Shown: piece after piece, positions 7,551 through 12,621 of the stretch
Layout of the letters: each line of letters opens with the position of its first letter
Position numbering within the stretch: position 1 is the stretch's first letter
DNA from: Thermoflexus sp.
Lineage (GTDB): Bacteria; Chloroflexota; Anaerolineae; Thermoflexales; Thermoflexaceae
Assembly: GCF_042408365.1 (NCBI RefSeq)
Contig: NZ_JBHOQJ010000001.1
Coordinates: 1-12,621, forward strand
DNA length: 12,621 nt
Direction: 5' to 3'
The notes under the pieces: generated by a model
The model's database searches: none
Told to the model about the DNA's origin: nothing
The model's input: the letters and a program-made list of their open reading frames with translations, nothing else
Translations under genes and position numbers: made by a program

Positions 7551-8438
7551 ATGCCGTTCACGGATCACAGCGATCTTTACGGCAGCATCCATGAAGATGG
7601 GATCCAACTTGTCGTCCGACATGTGATGCGCCAGCGCCCCTCGCTGTTTAACTATGCCACTGCGCTCTTCTCGAAACGCCCCGATCTGTTCTGTGTGCCC
7701 ATCGCAGTTGCTCCGGAAGTGAAGGACGCCGGCGATCCTCTGTTCAAGGAAGAAGACCCCCTCCCGGTGTTTGGCACCCCTGTGCCCATCGGGCTGAACT
7801 GGTGTTTCCAACTCACCGATGTGCAGATGGATTTCCACCCCGGAAACGCGATCGAGCTGCCGCCGGAGCTAGGGGCGCTGCCCGTGCAGAGCCTTGCGTT
7901 ACGCATGAAGGGCTGCTTTGGGCTGGATTGCCCATCGGAGGATTTCATCCGGGAGCTGATTCCTGCCATTGAGGTTCTTGCCCTTTCGAGTGCGCAGGGC
8001 CCTGCGCGGGCGGCGCTGTCACCCGGCATCCCCGCACGGGAGCTGGTTGTCCTCCCGACGCGCAGGTTGCGCTGCTTTTGCCTGGAGCTCTTCGCCGTCG
8101 CCCACTTCGAATGGGGTCCCGTCGGGGCTCCCGACTCGCAATGGTTGAAGCTACGGCTTGATGGGCTGGAGATTGTTAACCTTCAGCCGGCGGAGATGGA
8201 GGATCTGATCGAATGTTACATTCGGACGGTGCTACGCCTCGGCCTCCTGCCGCGGCTGAGCCAGCCGATCGGCTCGCTGATCCTGAACCTCACGGATCTG
8301 CTGAAGAAGCAGGGCGTTGCCATCGGCCAGGAGATCACTCTGCAGCCTGCCCCCGCGCCCGTGGCTGTTCCGAACAATCCCGCAGTGGAATCAGATCAGC
8401 TGATGGCCTTCATTAATCTGGTCGTGGAGGAGGCCTGA
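7551..8438 (+). CDS. Hypothetical protein A (295 aa), first gene of an uncharacterised three-gene operon. Soluble, Cys-containing, no recognised domain.
   Basis: An AGGAGG RBS lies 5 nt upstream of the ATG. Codon usage matches the upstream genes. The stop TGA 8436-38 lies 2 nt before the next ATG. No TM helices, signal peptide or catalytic motifs were recognised. Confidence 0.6.
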   Translation: MPFTDHSDLYGSIHEDGIQLVVRHVMRQRPSLFNYATALFSKRPDLFCVPIAVAPEVKDAGDPLFKEEDPLPVFGTPVPIGLNWCFQLTDVQMDFHPGNAIELPPELGALPVQSLALRMKGCFGLDCPSEDFIRELIPAIEVLALSSAQGPARAALSPGIPARELVVLPTRRLRCFCLELFAVAHFEWGPVGAPDSQWLKLRLDGLEIVNLQPAEMEDLIECYIRTVLRLGLLPRLSQPIGSLILNLTDLLKKQGVAIGQEITLQPAPAPVAVPNNPAVESDQLMAFINLVVEEA

Positions 8439-8440
8439 TC

Positions 8441-9358
8441 ATGGCTCACATGACCATCGCGGTCTCTGAGGGGGTCTTCCGGCGCTCCTTCGATCTCCTC
8501 AAGCGCAACCTGATCATCGAGAGGGCGGATTCGATGAGCTTTGGGTCCTTCACTGCTGGGTATGATGTCAAGGCGCATCTTGAGGGTGGCTCCATCGATC
8601 TGCGCAACGATGGGACGCTCCAGCTGAGGGAGCTGGATGTGCGCTGGGATCGACTACGGTTGACCCTGGGCCTGGACCTCCCGGAGCTTTGCGTGGGCGG
8701 TGGTTGCGTCGATATGCCGTGGCCGATCCCGGACATCTGTCTTCCTCGGGTGTGCGTCTTCAGCGGTGATCCGGACGTCTCGATCTCCACCGATTTGGCC
8801 GCTTTCGTTGCCCAAGAGATCAGCTTCACCGCGCGCCTTGTAGTACGTTATTTTGACGCCTCCTTACCTCTTCCCTCGCCGGATCTCTGCGCCCCGTTGC
8901 GCATCGAGCCGTTGCCAGATCACAACCAGTGGCGCATCCATATCGATCCGGAGACCATCGACGTAGACTTGTTCGATTTCCCGGATATCGTGGGGAACTT
9001 GGTCGAGGATGCCCTCACAGGCGCGGTGACGGCGCTGATCCCCGGCGGCTGGGTGCGCGATCTCATCCTGGCCATCATCGGGAGCGTCGCTGACCTGATC
9101 CGTGCCCTCTTGGACATCCCCGATGAGATCGAAGAGTGGCTAAGCGATCTCTTCAACGTCAGCTTTGGCCTCTTGGATTTCATCGGCACCCTGGTTCTGG
9201 ATTTCTTCAGCCGCTGTAATCCCATTTATCAAGTAGATGATCCGCTGGAGATCATGCCGGCCTCAAATGGGCTGATCCCGGTGCGTATCCCAATCCGTAA
9301 CCTCAGCGTGAGCGTGAACGATGCGGAGATGGTCCTGCAAGCCGATGTGGGAGCTTAA
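8441..9358 (+). CDS. Hypothetical protein B (305 aa), acidic (Asp/Glu-rich), possibly a distant paralog of protein A
   Basis: A GGAGGAGG RBS lies inside the 3' end of gene A, 7 nt upstream of ATG 8441, indicating translational coupling. Both A and B have an LP(P)EL segment followed by a Cys-containing stretch (A: ELPPELGALPVQSLALRMKGCFGLDCPSED; B: LDLPELCVGGGCVDMPWPIPDICLPRVCVF). The similarity is weak. Confidence 0.6.
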   Translation: MAHMTIAVSEGVFRRSFDLLKRNLIIERADSMSFGSFTAGYDVKAHLEGGSIDLRNDGTLQLRELDVRWDRLRLTLGLDLPELCVGGGCVDMPWPIPDICLPRVCVFSGDPDVSISTDLAAFVAQEISFTARLVVRYFDASLPLPSPDLCAPLRIEPLPDHNQWRIHIDPETIDVDLFDFPDIVGNLVEDALTGAVTALIPGGWVRDLILAIIGSVADLIRALLDIPDEIEEWLSDLFNVSFGLLDFIGTLVLDFFSRCNPIYQVDDPLEIMPASNGLIPVRIPIRNLSVSVNDAEMVLQADVGA

Positions 9359-9361
9359 CCC

Positions 9362-10054
9362 ATGAAGCGCAAAAACGTAGTTCTGAACCGTCCGGTCTTC
9401 GCCCAACGTGCCTTCGACAGCCAGGCCCTCACTGTGCTGACCACTCTGTTCCATCGTTTCCCTGAGGCCGGGGATTATGACCTGTGGGTATGGCAAGGTG
9501 AACGCCTGATCCACCGGGCCCAGGTCAGCGTGGTAGCCGAAGGGGGGCCTCACCAGATCCACTTGGATCTCGCCACGCTGACGGAGGTTAACAAGCCTTA
9601 TTCCCTGGCGGTGGGCGGCGTGATCGGGTTTTATGTCTCGCATGGCGTGGGTCGCTACCATGTGAAGATCGTTCAGATTACCCGTCGAGAGAAGGCCGTG
9701 AGGCTCGATAGCAGCGACGTCATCCCGGCGGGAGATCTCTTCGCCGTCACCCTTGTGCGTCCGGGGATCTACCGTGTGCTCCAAGCGGAAGGCAAGGGGG
9801 AGGGCGAGATTCGCGTCCGGCTTCCTCGAGGGGAACGATACCGGCCGGATCAGGCGACTCGGGTGACGATTGGGAAAGAAGGGATGATGGAGCCTCATGC
9901 GGTGGAGATCCTTGCTGGGCAGAGCGTGGTGTTCTGGTGCACCGTCCCCACCTCCCTTCGCATCGAGTGGATGAGGGAGGAGGAGGCAGCTGGGCCGCCG
10001 ATTCAACGCCAGCGGGTGGCTCGGGATCAGCCGCCCCGGCCGGAGCAACGGTAG
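9362..10054 (+). CDS. Hypothetical protein C (230 aa), apparently two tandem beta-sandwich-like modules (GDYDLWVWQGERL... and PGIYRVLQAEGKGEGEIRV...), Arg/Pro-rich tail
   Basis: The ATG lies 3 nt after the gene B stop (TAA 9356-58), again indicating coupling. A GGGAG motif lies 9 nt upstream. The G-x-Y-x-(V/L) plus beta-strand pattern recurs twice and resembles carboxypeptidase-regulatory or Ig-like domains. That is inference only. No signal peptide. Confidence 0.6.
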   Translation: MKRKNVVLNRPVFAQRAFDSQALTVLTTLFHRFPEAGDYDLWVWQGERLIHRAQVSVVAEGGPHQIHLDLATLTEVNKPYSLAVGGVIGFYVSHGVGRYHVKIVQITRREKAVRLDSSDVIPAGDLFAVTLVRPGIYRVLQAEGKGEGEIRVRLPRGERYRPDQATRVTIGKEGMMEPHAVEILAGQSVVFWCTVPTSLRIEWMREEEAAGPPIQRQRVARDQPPRPEQR

Positions 10055-10121
10055 CCCCCATCGATCGGCTATCAGAAGGCCCTTCCTCAAAATTGGGCAG
10101 AAAACGGGCATCCTTTGGTCC

Positions 10122-10166
10122 ATTTCTGGTCTGGATTATGATCATCTCTATGAATCAAAGTGGATG
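10122..10166 (+). repeat. Copy 2 of the imperfect direct repeat (ATTTCTGGTCTGGAT-TATGATCATCTCTATGAA-TCAAAGTGGATGG), 68 bp downstream of the operon and about 45 bp upstream of the ABM-like gene
   Basis: See copy 1. It contains an 8-bp palindrome ATGATCAT. A TTGGTC(N16)TATGAT arrangement here resembles a sigma70 -35/-10 pair. Confidence 0.5.
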
Positions 10167-10208
10167 GTGTGAAAGCAGAATTGCAATCCGAGGCTCTATT
10201 GGAGGCCT

Positions 10209-10526
10209 ATGATGAGGCAAACCATGTATGGCACCGTTGCCCGATTGCGCGTCAAGCCGGGGATGGAGAGCGCGCTGATCCAGGAGCTCCAGGCTTTCGA
10301 CGTCCTGGGGGTGCCGGGGGCCGTCGCCGAATATCTCTATCGTATGGACACCAATCCCCACGAATACTATATGGTTGTGCTCTTCCAAGATGGGGCGACG
10401 TATAGGGCCAATGCGGGGAGTCCGGAGCAGGATGCGCGTTACCAGCGGATCAGGGCGTTGCTGGAGCGTGACCCCGAATGGCACGATGGGGAGATCGTTT
10501 TTGGAAGCCGTGTGCCCAGCGTGTAG
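10209..10526 (+). CDS. ABM (antibiotic biosynthesis monooxygenase)-like small protein (about 105 aa)
   Basis: A GGAGG RBS sits at 10201-05. The alternative ATG 10212 has better spacing. The pattern VARLRVKPGMESAL...LYRMDTNPHEYYMVVLFQDGATYRANAGSPEQ...EWHDGEIVF fits the ABM-domain ferredoxin-like fold consensus (VARFxVKPG..., NPNEFxLxEVWESEEA..., SPEx). Confidence 0.55.
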   Translation: MMRQTMYGTVARLRVKPGMESALIQELQAFDVLGVPGAVAEYLYRMDTNPHEYYMVVLFQDGATYRANAGSPEQDARYQRIRALLERDPEWHDGEIVFGSRVPSV

Positions 10527-10556
10527 CGTGAAAAATGCCTTGGGCCGTTTGGTAGC

Positions 10557-10570
10557 GCTTTAGGCTTTAG
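10557..10570. repeat. Perfect tandem duplication GCTTTAG-GCTTTAG followed by a run of seven G, located exactly at the GC-content break
   Basis: Read directly from the sequence. It lies at the position where GC drops from about 60% to about 50% and where the putative gene remnant begins. Confidence 0.5.
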
Positions 10571-10749
10571 GGGGGGATCGCGCGAAGCAAGGATCGGAGT
10601 TATGTGGGAAAAAGCAGCTTCCGTATATGCTAATCAAGAGGCGACTGCCGAAACTGAACGTGATGGGCGGCTGCTGTGGCACTGACCATCGGCATATCGA
10701 CCAAATCGCTAAAGCATGTGTGCCGCTTTTTCAAAGCGACTTAGACTAA
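10564..10749 (+). pseudogene. Possible 3' remnant of a homocysteine S-methyltransferase-family gene (MmuM/YbgG/MetH Hcy-binding domain type)
   Basis: The stop-to-stop frame translates to ...RRLPKLNVMGGCCGTDHRHIDQIAKACVPLFQSDLD*. GGCCGT followed by xxxHI...IA matches the conserved C-terminal GGCCGTTPEHI(R)AIA motif of this family. There is no start codon or N-terminal body; the frame opens at a TAG at 10561-63. The sequence upstream of the motif is not convincingly globular, so this could be coincidence. Confidence 0.3.
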
Positions 10750-10777
10750 CCCACTCAAAAACAAGGAGAATGGAACA

Positions 10778-11269
10778 ATGAATTCCACAACAATTCAAGA
10801 AACGATGCGTCTGTGGCAAGATGCTCCAGACAAGGCAAAAGTGAAGCCAACAGTCAAAGCACGTAGTGATGGTTCCCAGGTGGTATTCGAATCTGGACCA
10901 TTTTCCTGGCGGGCTGATTTTCCTGGACCGTTGGGTGGTACGAATGAAGCACCAAGTCCAACGGCGCTGTTATTGAGCGCGCTTGCTGGCTGCGCTGTGG
11001 TGTTTATCCGTGACACCATAGCTCCCCAGCTTGGTGTGGAGGTCACTGAGGTGCGGGCCGTTGCTCAGCGCGATGCCGATTTACGCGGATTACTCGGGAT
11101 GCCTGGAACGATCCCTGACCTTCAAAATATCCAGATCTCCATCCAGATTCAGTCCTCAGACACTCAGGAGAACATCCAGCGACTGTACCGTGTTTGGCAG
11201 GAACGCTGTTCCATCTATCTGGCGTTGGTGAAGTCGCTGGAAGTAAAAACTTCCCTCGGGATAATTTGA
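10778..11269 (+). CDS. OsmC/Ohr family protein (peroxiredoxin-like, 163 aa)
   Basis: The family signature GGTNEAPSPTALLLSALAGCAVVFI (G-x-N-P-x-ELLL-AL-A-GC type) is present and the length is typical. An AAGGAG RBS lies 9 nt upstream. Codon usage is AT3-rich (aat, aca, caa, gaa) and GC is about 50%, unlike all genes to the left. Confidence 0.85.
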   Translation: MNSTTIQETMRLWQDAPDKAKVKPTVKARSDGSQVVFESGPFSWRADFPGPLGGTNEAPSPTALLLSALAGCAVVFIRDTIAPQLGVEVTEVRAVAQRDADLRGLLGMPGTIPDLQNIQISIQIQSSDTQENIQRLYRVWQERCSIYLALVKSLEVKTSLGII

Positions 11270-11283
11270 AAGTGGAAAAAACA

Positions 11284-11769
11284 ATGAACCCCGCTGTCGC
11301 AAAGAACACGATTTGCATCTGGTACGACCGAGAGGCCGAGGAAGCTGCACGATTTTATGCTTCGATCTTTCCCGACAGCGAGGTGACAGCCGTCTTGCGC
11401 GCGCCCGCCGACTATCCCTCGGGCAAGGCGGGCGATGTATTGGTCGTCCATTTCACCGTCTGCGGCATCCCCTGCATCGGGCTGAACGGCGGGCCCGCCT
11501 TCCCGCACACTGAGGCCTTCTCGTTCCAGATCGCCACCGACACGCAGGAAGAAACCGACCGCTACTGGAATGCCATCGTCGGCAACGGTGGGCAGGAGAG
11601 CGAGTGCGGTTGGTGCAAAGACCGCTGGGGTGTGAACTGGCAGATCACCCCGCGCACGCTCACCGAGGCTCTTGCCGCGGGTGGCGAGGAGGCCAAGCGC
11701 GCCTTCGCGGCGATGCTGACGATGAAGAAGATCGACCACGCCGCCATCGACGCCGCGCGGCGGGGGTGA
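11284..11769 (+). CDS. VOC-superfamily protein of the PhnB / 3-demethylubiquinone-9 3-methyltransferase-like domain type (161 aa)
   Basis: Motifs ICIWYDREAEEAARFYASIFPDSEV...HFTVCGIPCIGLNGGP...ECGWCKDRWGVNWQI are characteristic of this family (cf. CGWLKDKFGVSWQI). ATG 11284 is used in preference to the ORF-track upstream extension, whose N-terminus is non-homologous. GC3 is high again. Confidence 0.8.
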   Translation: MNPAVAKNTICIWYDREAEEAARFYASIFPDSEVTAVLRAPADYPSGKAGDVLVVHFTVCGIPCIGLNGGPAFPHTEAFSFQIATDTQEETDRYWNAIVGNGGQESECGWCKDRWGVNWQITPRTLTEALAAGGEEAKRAFAAMLTMKKIDHAAIDAARRG

Positions 11770-12110
11770 GAGGGTGGCGGTCTAACCACCAGTTCCCAGG
11801 CGCTGCCGGCCAGCAGCCGCAGGCGGTGCTGGAAGATCCGGCCGGGCAGCGTGGTGGTGGCGACCAGGTCGATGTGCAGGTCGTGCTGCTGGCCGCGGAC
11901 GGTCGCGGCCGGATCGGTCGCGCCCAGTGACGGATCCACCTTGTCCGGCTCCTCCTGGGCCTGACGCCAGCGCTGGAACAGCGCGTCGCTACGCAGCGCC
12001 TGCTGCAACTGCGCGGCGAACTCCTCGGCGCCGTGCGCGGTGAACGCGAACTGGCCGCTGGCACGGGCGCGGGCCGGGTCGCGCAGGCGCAGGTAGTAGC
12101 GGGTGGGCAT
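11562..12110 (-). CDS. Hypothetical protein on the minus strand with a plausible N-terminal body of about 105 aa (12110 down to about 11790). The 3' end is unresolved because the frame has no stop until 11562 and its last 70 codons are antisense to the VOC gene.
   Basis: The ATG is at 12108-10 (plus-strand CAT). The first 105 codons have very high GC3 (CTG, CGC, GCC, GAC) and a non-repetitive sequence (MPTRYYLRLRDPARARASGQFAFTAHGAEEFAAQLQQALRSDALFQRW...). After about 11790 the codons turn rare and the sequence low-complexity (GTT AGA CCG CCA ... RPPPSHPRR) while overlapping a well-supported gene. Likely truncated at a junction. Confidence 0.35.
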   Translation of the reverse strand: MPTRYYLRLRDPARARASGQFAFTAHGAEEFAAQLQQALRSDALFQRWRQAQEEPDKVDPSLGATDPAATVRGQQHDLHIDLVATTTLPGRIFQHRLRLLAGSAWELVVRPPPSHPRRAASMAAWSIFFIVSIAAKARLASSPPAARASVSVRGVICQFTPQRSLHQPHSLSCPPLPTMAFQ

Positions 12111-12171
12111 GCCGAGAAGCTCCGGGGCGTGGACGGGGTGGCGCGGGCCTGGTGAGTCCCGCGTGGCGCGT

Positions 12172-12621
12172 TCACTCGAACGTGTGCGGCTCGGCGGCGA
12201 AGCCGACCACCAGCGCGCCCTTGCCCACGTTCACCATCCCGGTCAGGCTCATCACGCTTTCGTACAACTCGATGTTGTGTTCGGTGCAGGCCGCACGCAG
12301 CGCGTCGTAGCCGGGCAGGGCGCGCATCTCGGCCAGTTCCCCGCCGTAGCTCAGGCACACGGTCGGCGTCATCAGTCCGGCGCGGATGCGGCCGATGGTG
12401 AATTCGAACAGCTTGCGCACCGCCGGCTCGAAGCCCTTGATCTTGGCCACCGCCCCGGTCTCGCCGCGGTTGCAGTGCAGCACCGGCTTGATGTCGAGGG
12501 CGCTGCCGAGCGCGGCGCTGAGCAGGCCGACGCTGCGGTCGCCCTTCTTGCGCGCACGGGCACGCAGGTAATACAGATCCGGCGGCACCATGTAGCCGTG
12601 GGTGTGCAGCGCCAGGTGCTC
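12172..12621 (-). CDS. DegV/FakB-family (EDD fold, fatty-acid-binding) protein, C-terminal half only; the 5' end lies beyond the window
   Basis: The frame is open to the window edge: ...EHLALHTHGYMVPPDLYYLRARARKKGDRSVGLLSAALGSALDIKPVLHC...NVGKGALVVGFAAEPHTFE*. The LxIKPIL motif and the C-terminal hVGPGAlGVaF-like ending are typical of DegV proteins. GC is about 72% with extreme GC3. Confidence 0.55.
   Translation of the reverse strand, partial: EHLALHTHGYMVPPDLYYLRARARKKGDRSVGLLSAALGSALDIKPVLHCNRGETGAVAKIKGFEPAVRKLFEFTIGRIRAGLMTPTVCLSYGGELAEMRALPGYDALRAACTEHNIELYESVMSLTGMVNVGKGALVVGFAAEPHTFE

Noticed and set aside
7388-7594. 68-aa ORF (TTG start) overlapping the start of gene A
   Set aside because: It is out of frame with gene A, has a non-ATG start abutting a GGAGG, and a Gly/Pro/Ser-rich translation. 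Only the 8-codon ATG 7401 mini-ORF is retained, as a speculative note.
9263-10484. Minus-strand ORFs 9263-10123 (286 aa), 9747-10145 and 10155-10484
   Set aside because: They are antisense to genes B, C and the ABM-like gene, with low-complexity Pro/Arg/His-rich translations. They would run through the intergenic repeat.
11194-11283. Upstream extension of the VOC gene from ATG 11194, overlapping the OsmC 3' end
   Set aside because: It overlaps the OsmC gene in another frame, and the extra 30 residues are not part of the conserved PhnB-like domain. ATG 11284 follows the OsmC stop by 14 nt.
11215-12358. Minus-strand ORFs 11215-11739 and 11660-12358, plus-strand ORFs 11313-11513 and 11604-11930
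   Set aside because: They are antisense or out of frame to the VOC gene, or extreme Arg/Ala/Pro low-complexity frames in 72% GC DNA. The 11562-12110 frame has far better codon periodicity.
1-12621. Checked for CRISPR arrays, rRNA, transposase or integrase genes
   Set aside because: There are no regularly spaced repeats of 25-40 bp. No long non-coding stretch is compatible with rRNA. No ORF has DDE, tyrosine- or serine-recombinase motifs.

Overview
GC-rich (about 60-65%) bacterial window dominated by one long plus-strand gene array. The first 7.2 kb looks like a single five-gene membrane operon: a CPA2 cation:proton antiporter (KefB-like N-terminus, no KTN/RCK domain), two tandem Amt-family ammonium transporters, a membrane-anchored hypothetical protein, and an SPFH/flotillin protein. 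It is closed by a strong rho-independent terminator at 7215-7253. No glnK (PII) gene accompanies the amt pair. An AT-rich intergenic region then leads into a second, translationally coupled three-gene operon (7551-10054) of proteins I cannot assign to any family. That cassette is bracketed by an imperfect ~30-bp direct repeat (7365-7397 and 10122-10166). It is my best candidate for an undescribed system. The last ~2 kb is compositionally mosaic: an ABM-monooxygenase-like gene, then an abrupt drop to about 50% GC containing what looks like a 3' remnant of a homocysteine S-methyltransferase gene plus an intact OsmC/Ohr gene. A GC-rich VOC (PhnB-like) gene follows, and the window ends in about 72% GC DNA carrying a minus-strand gene whose 3' end runs without a stop into the antisense of the VOC gene, and a partial DegV/FakB-family gene. 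These junctions may be horizontal-transfer scars or an assembly chimera. No rRNA, tRNA, CRISPR array or recognisable transposase or integrase was seen. All family assignments are from motif recognition by eye; no database search could be run.
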